Shown in pieces: positions 27,228-36,409 of a stretch of 64,000 nucleotides of DNA; within the stretch, counting starts at the first letter, position 1; each line of letters opens with the position of its first letter. This DNA comes from Candidatus Eiseniibacteriota bacterium (GTDB lineage Bacteria > Eisenbacteria > RBG-16-71-46): assembly GCA_044223005.1 (NCBI GenBank), contig JBGAML010000001.1, positions 352,001-416,000 on the forward strand, written 5' to 3'. Both the position numbers and the translations under genes were made by a program. The notes under the pieces are model-generated. The model worked only from the letters and a program-made list of their open reading frames with translations. It ran no database searches and was not told the DNA's origin.

Positions 27228-28397
27228 ATGCCGCCCACGTCCAGCATCGCCGCCGTGCGCGGCGCCATCTCCGTCCCGAAGAACGACGCCGCCTCGATCC
27301 GGATCGCGACCTCGCGCCTGGTGACCGAGCTGATCGCGCGCAACGGCCTGACGCCCGACCGGATCGTGAGCGCGATCTTCACCGCGACGCCCGACCTGAC
27401 CGCGGACTTCCCCGCGCACGCCGCGCGCCGGCTGGGCTGGACCGACGCGCCGCTGCTCTGCGCGGCCGAGATCGCGGTGCCGGGTGCCCCGCCGCGCATC
27501 GTGCGCGTGCTGGTCACGGTGCGCGACGTGCCGCGCGGGCGGAAGCTGGTGCCGGTCTACCTGGACGAGGCGGTGTCGCTGCGGCGCGACCTCGCGCACC
27601 CGTCCGACGCGACGGGCGGCCCGCATCGCGACGCGACGACGCTGCGCCGCGTGGCGATCGTCGGCCTCGGCCAGATCGGCGGCTCGCTCGGGCTCGCGCT
27701 GGGCCGCACGGGCGCGTGGCACCGCACGGGCTGCGACGCCCGCGTGGCGAACGCGCGCGCGGCGCTGGCCGCGGGCGCGGTGGACGAGGTGGCGCTCTCG
27801 GTCGAGGCGGCGTGCGCGGACGCGGAACTGATCGTGCTCGCGGCCCCGGTGGACGCACTGCCGGCGCTGGTGGCGCGCGCGGCCGCGGCGGCGAACAAGG
27901 GCGCGGTGCTGCTCGACACGGGCAGCGCGCGGCGCGGCATCACCGAGGCGCTGCGCGCGGCGCACGCGGGCGGCGTGCGCGCCTGCGGGGGGCATCCGCT
28001 CGCGGGCAACGAGGGCCGCGGCCTGCGCGCCGCCCGCGCGGACCTGTTCGACGGCGCGCCGTTCGTGCTGCTGCCGGCGGCGGGCCGCGTGCCGCCGCTG
28101 GCACGCGCGCTGGTGCGCGACGTGGGGGCGCAGCCGCTGGTGGTGGACGCGCGCACGCACGACGCGGCGCTGGCGCGCACGAGCCACCTGCCGTACGTGC
28201 TGGCGCGGGCGCTCGCGCGTGTGGGCGGCGCGGCAGCGCGGCGGCGGCTCGCGGGGCCGGGCTTCGCGAGCGCGACGCGGCTCGCGGCGAGCGATCCGCG
28301 GATGGCGCTGGCGTACGTGCGGGCGAACGGGGCGAACGTGCGGGTGGCGTGGAGGCTGTTGCGCGCGGAGATCGAGCGGGAGCTGAAGGGGCTGTAG
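27228..28397 (+). CDS. Fused AroH-type chorismate mutase and prephenate/arogenate dehydrogenase (TyrA)
   Basis: N-term VRGA, FPA.AAR, AEI.V, RVL, VYL...LR.DL; C-term GLGQIGGS, DTGS, GGHPLAG, HD, SHLP, TRLA. Confidence 0.85.
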   Translation: MPPTSSIAAVRGAISVPKNDAASIRIATSRLVTELIARNGLTPDRIVSAIFTATPDLTADFPAHAARRLGWTDAPLLCAAEIAVPGAPPRIVRVLVTVRDVPRGRKLVPVYLDEAVSLRRDLAHPSDATGGPHRDATTLRRVAIVGLGQIGGSLGLALGRTGAWHRTGCDARVANARAALAAGAVDEVALSVEAACADAELIVLAAPVDALPALVARAAAAANKGAVLLDTGSARRGITEALRAAHAGGVRACGGHPLAGNEGRGLRAARADLFDGAPFVLLPAAGRVPPLARALVRDVGAQPLVVDARTHDAALARTSHLPYVLARALARVGGAAARRRLAGPGFASATRLAASDPRMALAYVRANGANVRVAWRLLRAEIERELKGL

Positions 28398-28438
28398 TCT
28401 CGCGCGCGCGCGACTCGACCCTCGGGCGACGCGGCCGG

Positions 28439-28722
28439 GGCTCCGGCGAGCTCCCGTGCTCGCCCGGGACCCGTCGCTCCATTCCCGACCCGAGAGTCCC
28501 ATCCCCACGCTCTCGCCCAGGCTGTGCGCGGGACTCGCCTGCGCCCCGGCCGCTGCGGCGGCGTGTGGAGAGGCGAGTCCGCGGTGGCGTGACGGCGCTG
28601 GCGCGACGCGCGCGAGGCTCCGGCGAGCTCCCGTGCTCGCCCGGGACCCGTCGCTCCCCTCCCGACCCGAGAGTCCCATCCCCGCGCTCTCGCCCAGGCT
28701 GTGCGCGGGACTTGCCTGCGCC
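28439..28722. repeat. Two 107-bp direct repeats (28439-28545, 28616-28722), period 177 bp
   Basis: 4 mismatches in 107 bp; internal hairpins. Confidence 0.9.
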
Positions 28723-28859
28723 TCGCACGCTGCGTTGGCGTGGGGGCGCTTGCTTCGCTCGCGCCTCGCAGGCTGCGGTGACAGGCGGGTAGCGAGACTC
28801 CCTTTATGAGGGATTCGCCTTTGGGCTTTGGCCCTGGCCTTCGCGTGGTGCGGGCTCGG

Positions 28860-29336
28860 CTACTCCTTCACCGGGATGCGGTTCAGGATCGCGATGTACT
28901 CGTCGGGCAGCTTGTGGTGGCGGGCTCCGGCGAGGATCGCGTCGAGGTAGCGGCGCGAGGGCGGCGAGGCGTTGGTCACGCGCGGGACGTAGTACTCCGC
29001 GCGAACGCGGCGCGGGATCGAGCCGTCGTCGGGGCGCGTGAGTTCCACCCAGACGCGTTCGCGTTCGTAGAGGTTGTGGTCGTCGCCGGGGCCCACGAAG
29101 CCCTCGTACTGGTCGAGCGCCGCGACGTGTTCGTCGGTCAGCTCGTAGACCACGCCCCAGACGTTCTGCCCGTGCGCGACCTGCACGCCGGCCACGCCGC
29201 CGTCCCAGTCGGGCGAGGTCAGCGGAAAGGCCAGCTTGTGGTCGCGCAGCACGGCCATGCCCACCACCTTGTTGCCGGGGCAACGGCGGGCCATCTGTTC
29301 GGGATTCAGGTTGGATCCAAACGCGAAATAGAGCAT
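28860..29336 (-). CDS. Gamma-glutamylcyclotransferase family protein
   Basis: MLYFAFGSNL, VWGVVY, LD.YEG, PS.RY. Confidence 0.9.
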   Translation of the reverse strand: MLYFAFGSNLNPEQMARRCPGNKVVGMAVLRDHKLAFPLTSPDWDGGVAGVQVAHGQNVWGVVYELTDEHVAALDQYEGFVGPGDDHNLYERERVWVELTRPDDGSIPRRVRAEYYVPRVTNASPPSRRYLDAILAGARHHKLPDEYIAILNRIPVKE

Positions 29337-29511
29337 CGAGTCTCCGTGGGCCAGGGCGGCGAAAGCACCTGCAGCATAGCCCAAGGCGGCGTTCCCCGTC
29401 GCGCGGCCCGGGTCCCGGGCCGGTGCCCCGGACGCTCCGCCGGGCGTGGCTTATAGTGCCTGCGACCCGCCCCACCGCGACCTCGAACCGACGAATCTGG
29501 AGATCCGAACG

Positions 29512-30240
29512 ATGCCCGTGGACATCCTCGCCTTCGGCCCGCATCCCGACGATGCGGAGATCGGCGCCGGCGGCGTGCTGCGCAAGATGAAGGACCGTGG
29601 ACACACCACCGGCATCGTGGACATGACGACGGGCGACATGGGCTGGGGCACGCCGGAGATCCGCGCCGGCGAGAGCGCCGCGGCCGCGAAGCTGCTGCGG
29701 CTCGATGTGCGCGAGAACCTCGATCTCGGCGATTGCCGCATCGAGGACACGTTCGAGAACCGCTGCAAGGTCGCGGGCATGATCCGCAGGCACCGGCCCA
29801 AGATCGTGCTCTCGCCGTACTACCAGCTGCCGATCGGGCGCGGGCTCGGGCACAACGACCACTACAAGACCGGCCAGATCGTCGCGAACGCGTACAACCT
29901 CGCGCACCTCTCCAAGGCGCCCGTCGAGGGCGAGCCGTTCCAGGCGCTCGGGATCTACTTCTATTTCATCCCGCCGGGCACGATGCCGACGTTCATCGTC
30001 GACATCAGCGACTGGGTGAGCGATTGGCTCGACGCCGTGGACTGCCACCAGAGCCAGTTCTATCACCCCGACCGGCCGCGGCCCACGCACCTGCCGCACC
30101 CGCGTGAGGCGTTCGAGTCGAACGCGCGCTACTGGGGCTGGCAGATCGGCGCCAAGTTCGGGCAGGCGTTCATCGCGACGAGCCCGCTCAAGGTCGACGA
30201 CCCGCTCTCGCTGGTGGAACACGTCCAGCCGCGGCCCTGA
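29512..30240 (+). CDS. PIG-L/LmbE family deacetylase, BshB1-like
   Basis: DILAFGPHPDD.E, GT.E.R..E, H.DH, H.SQF. Confidence 0.88.
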   Translation: MPVDILAFGPHPDDAEIGAGGVLRKMKDRGHTTGIVDMTTGDMGWGTPEIRAGESAAAAKLLRLDVRENLDLGDCRIEDTFENRCKVAGMIRRHRPKIVLSPYYQLPIGRGLGHNDHYKTGQIVANAYNLAHLSKAPVEGEPFQALGIYFYFIPPGTMPTFIVDISDWVSDWLDAVDCHQSQFYHPDRPRPTHLPHPREAFESNARYWGWQIGAKFGQAFIATSPLKVDDPLSLVEHVQPRP

Positions 30241-30250
30241 CCGGAGCGCC

Positions 30251-31009
30251 GTGCGCGCCTCACGTCCCGCGCCGGCCCGCGGGATGGCGGCGTGCGCCGT
30301 GCTCGCGCTCGCGCTGTTCGCGCCACCGCGATGCGGCGCGGCCGTCGCGGGGCCGGCGGCACGCGTCGAAGCGCTCGAGCGCGCGTACGCCGGGCACCTG
30401 CTGCTCGCGCGCCCGGATCTCGCCTACACGTACGGCGTGACGCGCGCGGCCGACCGGCTCGCGCCGCTCACCGAGGCCACGCTCGCGCGCGACGCGGCGA
30501 CGCTCGACTCGCTGCAGGCGGCGGCGGACGCGATCGACCCGGCCACGCTCGGTCCCGGCGCCCGGGCGCGCCGCGACACGCTGCGGGCGCGGATCGCGCG
30601 CGAGGCCGCGCCGCTGCGCGCGGGGCTCTGGCGCACGTCGGCCGCCGCGTACCTCGGCTTCGCAAACGAGGCGATCCTCGCGGTCGCCCGCACCCCACGT
30701 ACCTCGCCGTGCGAGCGGGCGCGCCGTGCCACGGGCCGGCTGCGCGCGCTGCCCGAGCTGCTGCGCTCGGCGCAGGTCAACCTGCGCGACGCGTCGCACG
30801 AGGATCCGGGCGCGGAGGCCGCGCCGTGGCTCGTGGCGATGGACAGCCTGCGCACGGCGCTGCCCGCGCGCGTCGTCGAATGCCGCGAGCCGGAGCGATA
30901 CGCCGATTTCGTCGAGGCGGACAGCCTCGCGCTGGGTGCGATCGCGCGGTTCGTGCGCTTCCTGCACGAGAATGCGGAACTCCGGACGATTCCCGCGCGT
31001 ACTCGCTGA
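30251..31009 (+). CDS. Secreted hypothetical protein resembling the N-terminal part of DUF885 proteins
   Basis: Signal-like N-terminus; RL.ALPELL..A..NL helical pattern. Confidence 0.5.
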   Translation: MRASRPAPARGMAACAVLALALFAPPRCGAAVAGPAARVEALERAYAGHLLLARPDLAYTYGVTRAADRLAPLTEATLARDAATLDSLQAAADAIDPATLGPGARARRDTLRARIAREAAPLRAGLWRTSAAAYLGFANEAILAVARTPRTSPCERARRATGRLRALPELLRSAQVNLRDASHEDPGAEAAPWLVAMDSLRTALPARVVECREPERYADFVEADSLALGAIARFVRFLHENAELRTIPARTR

Positions 31010-31051
31010 CCGGATCGCGCGCGCTGGAACGGCTCGTGCATGTTTCGGTGG

Positions 31052-31081
31052 TTGACCCGCGCGCGGAAGGTTGACTAGATT
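31052..31081 (+). promoter_or_regulatory. Putative sigma70 promoter
   Basis: TTGACC-18-TAGATT upstream of 31159. Confidence 0.5.
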
Positions 31082-31158
31082 CGCGCGGATGTAACGGCCG
31101 ATACCAAGGATGGTGTTCGGTACCGCCCCGCGAGGGGCGCCGATGGAGAGGAGTCCCG

Positions 31159-32124
31159 ATGTTCCGTGCCCGTCGCATGCTGGGCGTGCTCGCCCTGAGC
31201 GCCCTGCTGGTGGTCCCGGCCACGATGGCCGAAGCCGCCACCCACAAGACCCCGGTGAAGTCGTCGCGCGCGCACACCAGCGTGTCGCGCGCCAAGACCA
31301 CCCGTGGCAAGACCGCTCGCAAGGGCGCCGTCACCACGCGCCGCTCCGGCCGCGGCCGCCGTGCGCGCCACCTCGCGCCGCCCCCGGGGGGCGTGTACTC
31401 GCGCAACGCGATCCTGGTCGACCCGTCGACCGGCAAGGTGCTGTTCGAGAAGAACGCCGGGAGAAGCGTCCCGATCGCGAGCCTGACCAAGCTCATGACC
31501 GCGCTCGTGTTCCTCGAGCAGAAGCCCGATCTCTCGCGCGACGTCGAAGTGACGCAGGCGGAGCTCCAGGGTGCCGGGCACACGCAGCTGCGCAACCACG
31601 AGGTCGTCGCGCTCGGAGACCTGCTGCACATGAGCCTCATGTGCTCGGACAACGTCGCCACGCGCGTGCTCGCGCGCGAATCCGGCCTCGAGGGCGCCGC
31701 GTTCGTGGCGCGCATGAACCGCAAGGCCGACGAGCTCGGCCTCGAGGGCACGCAGTTCGTCGAGTTCACCGGGCTCGACGAACGCAACGTCTCCACCGCG
31801 GCCGGCGTCGCTCGCATGCTGCACGCGGCCGCGCACCAGCCGCTGATCCAGCAGATCACCACGACGCGCGAGTACGAGTTCCGCACCGAGTCGCGCGTGC
31901 ACGCGATCCGCAACACGGACCGGCTGCTCTACGGGCACTGGGACGTCCTGGGCGGCAAGACCGGCTTCATCTCCGAGGCCGGCTACTGCTTCGCGACGTG
32001 GATCCGTTCGCAGGGCCGCGATTTCATCGCCGTCGTGCTCGGCGCCCCGACCGCGGCCACCCGGTTCGCGGACGCGGTCCGCCTGATCAACCGGACCACG
32101 ACCACCGCCATGGTCGCGCCCTGA
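31159..32124 (+). CDS. D-alanyl-D-alanine endo/carboxypeptidase (peptidase S11, PBP7-like)
   Basis: SxxK (ASLTK), SxN (SDN), KTG motifs; signal peptide and basic linker. Confidence 0.92.
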   Translation: MFRARRMLGVLALSALLVVPATMAEAATHKTPVKSSRAHTSVSRAKTTRGKTARKGAVTTRRSGRGRRARHLAPPPGGVYSRNAILVDPSTGKVLFEKNAGRSVPIASLTKLMTALVFLEQKPDLSRDVEVTQAELQGAGHTQLRNHEVVALGDLLHMSLMCSDNVATRVLARESGLEGAAFVARMNRKADELGLEGTQFVEFTGLDERNVSTAAGVARMLHAAAHQPLIQQITTTREYEFRTESRVHAIRNTDRLLYGHWDVLGGKTGFISEAGYCFATWIRSQGRDFIAVVLGAPTAATRFADAVRLINRTTTTAMVAP

Positions 32125-32273
32125 CCCGGCCGGAGACCACCGGAAGCACGGCGGGGCGGCTCCGACGGGGCCGCCCCGCCGGCATTTCGGGGCATTTCGC
32201 ACGATCGGGGCGTTTGGCCACCGCGAACGGGGTTTCCGGAGCGTGAACGCGGGTAAAAAAAGCACTGCGGCGC

Positions 32274-32303
32274 TTGCGATTCCCCGTATCCGCCCCCTAG
32301 ACT
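32274..32303 (+). promoter_or_regulatory. Putative sigma70 promoter
   Basis: TTGCGA-18-TAGACT upstream of 32431. Confidence 0.45.
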
Positions 32304-32430
32304 TGTACGTGGCATCCAGAATCACGCGTCGTTCCGCCGGAGACACCCCCGGGCTTCGCGTTGCCAGTAGTACTCCGGTGCGGCCCTCCGGGATCGCATC
32401 TCGCACCTCACCTCACGAGGGAGTTCAACA

Positions 32431-33126
32431 ATGAAGAAGCTTGTCACCATCCTGCTCGCGCTGGCGGCCCTCACGGTCGCGACGTCGGCGTTCGCGGCGA
32501 ACGCGGTCCGCATCAGCCAGGTGTACGGCGGCGGCGGCAACTCGGGCGCTCCGTTCAACCAGGACTTCGTCGAGATCTTCAACGCGTCCGGTTCGGCCGT
32601 GGACATCAGCGGCTGGGCGGTCGAGTACGCGTCGTCGAACGCCACCGCGCTGTGGGGCACGACCTTCGCGGGCGGCGCCAACTACGTGCAGTTCCCGTCG
32701 GGCACGGTGATCCAGCCCTGCAGCTACATCCTCATCGGCGCCGCGTTCGGCGCGAACACCGGCCTGCCGGCGCTCCCGACGCCCGACTTCACGCTCGCGT
32801 CGAATCTGAGCGGCACCGCGGGTCGAGTCGGCCTGTTCTCGACGGTCAATGCGAACGTCGCGTGCGGTGCTGAGACCGGCCTGGTCGACAAGTACAGCTT
32901 CGGCGCGACCACCCCGTGCGCCGAGGGCACGCCTTCGGCCGCGCTGTCGAACACGACCGCCGGCATCCGCAACAACGGCGGCCTGACGGACTCCGACAAC
33001 AACTCCGCCGACTTCACGATCGGCACGCCGACGCCCCGCAACTCGTTCTCGGCCGCGAACGCGAACTGCCTCGCGACCCCGACGCTCCGCAGCACGTGGG
33101 GCCAGCTGAAGAGCATCTACCGCTAG
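32431..33126 (+). CDS. Secreted lamin-tail-domain protein with C-terminal TWGQLKSIYR tail
   Basis: MKKLVTILLA signal; ISQVYGGGGNSGA....DFVEIFN; D.DNN.ADF....PTPRNS. Confidence 0.88.
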   Translation: MKKLVTILLALAALTVATSAFAANAVRISQVYGGGGNSGAPFNQDFVEIFNASGSAVDISGWAVEYASSNATALWGTTFAGGANYVQFPSGTVIQPCSYILIGAAFGANTGLPALPTPDFTLASNLSGTAGRVGLFSTVNANVACGAETGLVDKYSFGATTPCAEGTPSAALSNTTAGIRNNGGLTDSDNNSADFTIGTPTPRNSFSAANANCLATPTLRSTWGQLKSIYR

Positions 33127-33149
33127 TCTGCGGCAGGCTCGAAACACAC

Positions 33150-33189
33150 GAAGCGGCCGCCCTCTCGCGAGGGCGGCCGCTCTCGTTTG
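33150..33189. terminator. Bidirectional hairpin terminator
   Basis: agcggccgccctc-tcgc-gagggcggccgct between convergent genes. Confidence 0.75.
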
Positions 33190-33199
33190 CGCCGCGTGG

Positions 33200-33658
33200 T
33201 CAGTGGACGCCGCCGTCCGCCGGCACCATGTACGCGAGATGCCCCTCGAGCATGTGCTCGCCGACGATGCGCGCGAGCAGGTCCTCGGGGATGTGCTCCA
33301 CCGGCAGGTCGAGCGTGCGCTCGCGGCCGTCGCGGAGGACCCGGACCGGGAGCGTACTGCGGACGCCCCAGCCCGCCTTGCCCGCGAAGAACTCCTGCGG
33401 CGGAAGCGAGTCGAGCGTCCGCAGCACGTCGCCGGGCCTGACGCCCGCACGCGCGGCCGGTCCGCCCGCGATCACGCTTGCGACCACGCGGCGGCCGAGA
33501 CTGTCGACGTCGATCCGCACGCCGAGCCACGGGCGCTCGCGCATCCGGTCGAACTGGACGAGGCAGGAATCGAGCGGCAGCGGGCAGCGCGGCTGGGCCG
33601 CGTGCGCCACTGCGGGCAGGCAGGCGAACAGGACGACGAACGCGATCGCGCGACGCAT
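33200..33658 (-). CDS. Small secreted PDZ-domain protein
   Basis: PWLGV, V..GGPAARAGVRPGDV; signal peptide. Confidence 0.8.
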   Translation of the reverse strand: MRRAIAFVVLFACLPAVAHAAQPRCPLPLDSCLVQFDRMRERPWLGVRIDVDSLGRRVVASVIAGGPAARAGVRPGDVLRTLDSLPPQEFFAGKAGWGVRSTLPVRVLRDGRERTLDLPVEHIPEDLLARIVGEHMLEGHLAYMVPADGGVH

Positions 33659-33750
33659 GGTCGGGCTCCTTCCGAACCGGGGCCGGGGACTCCCGGTCTC
33701 GGACGAATCCCCGCCGGCTGAAGTCCCCGGGAGGGGCGCCGGCTCGCGGC

Positions 33751-35892
33751 TCAGAAGTGGAAGGGCTGGCCGGCGCGGTAGCGGGCCAGCTGGGATTCGT
33801 AACGCGCCAGCGCCTCGGCGTCACCCTCGCGCCGGCCGAGATCGACCGCGCGTTCTCCCGCGCGCACCGCATCCGCGAAACGCCCGGCCTCGGCGTAGGC
33901 CGCGGCCAGCGTGCTGAAGAGCACCGCCTGCGGCGCGGACGCCTGCGCTGCGACCGCGCGCTCGGCGAAGCGCACCGCCTCGGCGCCGCTGCGGTGCCGC
34001 GGGTCGGCATGCGTCGCGCGGATCCACGCGATGTTGTTGAGCGCATCGGCGTCGTCCGGGTGCGCCTCCACGATGCGCGCGTACTGCGCGACCGCGCCCT
34101 CGACGTCGCCTTCGCGCGTGAGCACCACCGCGAGCAGCCGCCGGGCCTCGGTGGGTTCGCGCGAGACGTCCACCGCGTGCTTCAGCGCGGCCTCCGCCTC
34201 CGGCAGCCGGTTCCGCATGCCCAGCGCGGCGCCGAGCTCGACCAGCGTCGGCTCGCGGTCCGGATCGAGCCGGAGCGCGGCCTGGTACTGGACGATCGCC
34301 TCGTCGACACGGTCGAGCTTCATGAGCGTGCGCGCGAAGTTGTGCCGCGCGGTCGGGCGATCGTGGATCCGCAGCGCCGCCTCGAACTCCGGCACCGCCT
34401 CCGCGGGCCGGCCGAGCTGCGTCAGCGCGAGGCCGAGGTTCGCGTGCGTGTCGCCGTTCGCGGGCGAGACCGCGAGGATCGCCCGCAGGTGCTGCGCCGC
34501 CTCCGCGGGCTTGCCGGCGTCGAGCAGCTCGGTGGCGAGGCAGAAGTGCGCCATGATGTTCTGGGGGTCGCGCGCGAGCGTGTACGAGAACAGCGTGTGG
34601 TTGTCGCGCCAGCGCGCGACCTGCCGCGCCGTGGCGACACCGAACACCGCGACCAGCGCGCCGACGATGCCCACGGCCGCGACGGCGCCCGCGCGCCCGC
34701 GTGGCCACGCGAGCGCGAGCGTCCAGACGAGCGCGATCGTGAAACCGATCACGGTCAGGTAGGTGTAGCGGTCGGCGTAGCCCTGCAGGCCGACCTGCAC
34801 GATCCCGATCACGGGCACGAGCGTGCCGAGATACCAGAACCAGCCGACCGCGATCCACGGCCAGCGCCGCAGCGTCGCCACCGCGAACGCCGAGACCGCG
34901 AGGAGCCCCGCCACCGCGTACGGGCCCCACGCGAGCGCGTGCGCCTCGACCAGCATGTGGAACGGCACGAGGTCGCGGGGCCAGAACGTGAGCCCGAGGT
35001 AACGCCCGGCCGAGAGCGCGGCGTTCAGCAGCCGCACGCCGACGGGCAGGCGCTCGGAACCGACCACCGCACCCGCGGAGCGCTGGACCCAGAACGTGAG
35101 TGCGGAGAACGCGACCACCAGCAGGACGAGCAGCCACTTCTCGAACACGAGGCCGGCGAAGTTCCGCGCCGGCGCATGCACTGGTCGCGTCCGGCTCGCC
35201 GCCGCCGGGACGCCCTTCCAGCGGCCGAGCGGCCAGACGTCGAGCAGCACGAGCACGCCCGGCAGCGTGACGAGCATCGGCTTGGAGAGCAGTCCGCACG
35301 CGAGCGCGAGCGCGACGAGCCCCCAGCGCAGCGCGCCGGGGCGTTCGGCCCAGCGGGCGTAGCTCCACAGCGTGAGCGCGAAGAAGAACCCGCTCAGGAC
35401 GTCCTTCAGCTCCGAGATCCACGCCACGGATTCGACGCGCAGCGGGTGGACCGCGAAGACCGCGGCGACGATCAGGCTCCGCCACCACGCCCCCGTCAGC
35501 CGGTGGAGCGCCACGGCCAGCAGCAGCGTCGTGGCGACGTGGAACAGCAGGCAGACGGCGTGGTGCGCGACCGGCGACGAGCCCAGGAACTGCGCGTCGA
35601 GCATGTAGAGCACCGACGTCAGCGGGTGGAAGTTGCCCCCGTGCGGGTGCCCCATGATCCAATGCAGGCCGTCCGCCGTGAGCCCGCGATTGATGTGCGG
35701 GTTCGCGAAGATGTAGTCGGGATCGTCGAACAGGATCCAGCGGTTCCGCAGCACGCCGGCGAACGCGGCGAAGGTCGCCAGGGCGAGGGCCGCGAGCGAC
35801 GCCGCGCGCGTGGCGAGCGGGACGCCGGCGACACGCGAGGATCCGGCGTCCGCGGGGGTCGAATCGGGGCGCCTCGGGAGGGTCGAGCTCAT
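33751..35892 (-). CDS. Multi-TM glycosyltransferase-like (TMTC/O-mannosyltransferase-like) protein with C-terminal TPR repeats
   Basis: FDD..YI..NP, NFHPLT, HPLRVESVAWI.E.KDVL, SKPM.VTLP, ADRYTY, TPR helices. Confidence 0.88.
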   Translation of the reverse strand: MSSTLPRRPDSTPADAGSSRVAGVPLATRAASLAALALATFAAFAGVLRNRWILFDDPDYIFANPHINRGLTADGLHWIMGHPHGGNFHPLTSVLYMLDAQFLGSSPVAHHAVCLLFHVATTLLLAVALHRLTGAWWRSLIVAAVFAVHPLRVESVAWISELKDVLSGFFFALTLWSYARWAERPGALRWGLVALALACGLLSKPMLVTLPGVLVLLDVWPLGRWKGVPAAASRTRPVHAPARNFAGLVFEKWLLVLLVVAFSALTFWVQRSAGAVVGSERLPVGVRLLNAALSAGRYLGLTFWPRDLVPFHMLVEAHALAWGPYAVAGLLAVSAFAVATLRRWPWIAVGWFWYLGTLVPVIGIVQVGLQGYADRYTYLTVIGFTIALVWTLALAWPRGRAGAVAAVGIVGALVAVFGVATARQVARWRDNHTLFSYTLARDPQNIMAHFCLATELLDAGKPAEAAQHLRAILAVSPANGDTHANLGLALTQLGRPAEAVPEFEAALRIHDRPTARHNFARTLMKLDRVDEAIVQYQAALRLDPDREPTLVELGAALGMRNRLPEAEAALKHAVDVSREPTEARRLLAVVLTREGDVEGAVAQYARIVEAHPDDADALNNIAWIRATHADPRHRSGAEAVRFAERAVAAQASAPQAVLFSTLAAAYAEAGRFADAVRAGERAVDLGRREGDAEALARYESQLARYRAGQPFHF

Positions 35893-36409
35893 TCCGGGCA
35901 TGGTACCGCAGCCGCGCGGACGGATGCCCGCGTCGCGCTCCCGCCGGGCGTGCGACGACCGCCGGGCTTCGCGCGCCGGGCGCGGCGACGCGCCGGTTCG
36001 CGCGGCGGGCGTTCCGTGATACGCTTACCCGGTTGCCGCAGCATGGACGCTTCGCTCGCGTCTCGAGGCCTCGTCCACCCGGACGGGGCCTCCTGCTTTT
36101 CCCCCCGCGCGGCCCGGCCCGCGGGACCTGCGCGCTGCACGCGGCGCGTGCATAACGCATCGCCCGGGCCCACCCCGTGCGCTTGCACCCTCCCGGCAAC
36201 CCGTTTGCCGACATGGGGTTCGCCCCCATCGCCGGGCGTTTTCCGGCCCCGGTGCGCGAACTGGCGATCGTTTCGGCCGTTCCGGGCAGCCCGCCCGGCC
36301 GCCGGTCCAGAGGTGGGCGCGGCCGCCGAATTGCTCTTCGGTGAGGGTGTCCGTCGCGCCCCCCGTCCACTGGCTGCCCCAGGAACCCAAGGAAGAGCCG
36401 GAGCCCGCC

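Noticed and set aside
28439..28722. Tandem repeat as CRISPR or tRNA
   Set aside because: The unit is 107 bp with only two copies, and there is no cloverleaf or TTC T-loop
35905..36409. Frameshifted remnant of the Lon N-terminal domain
   Set aside because: No Lon N-domain-like sequence is recognisable in any frame; it looks like a divergent promoter region
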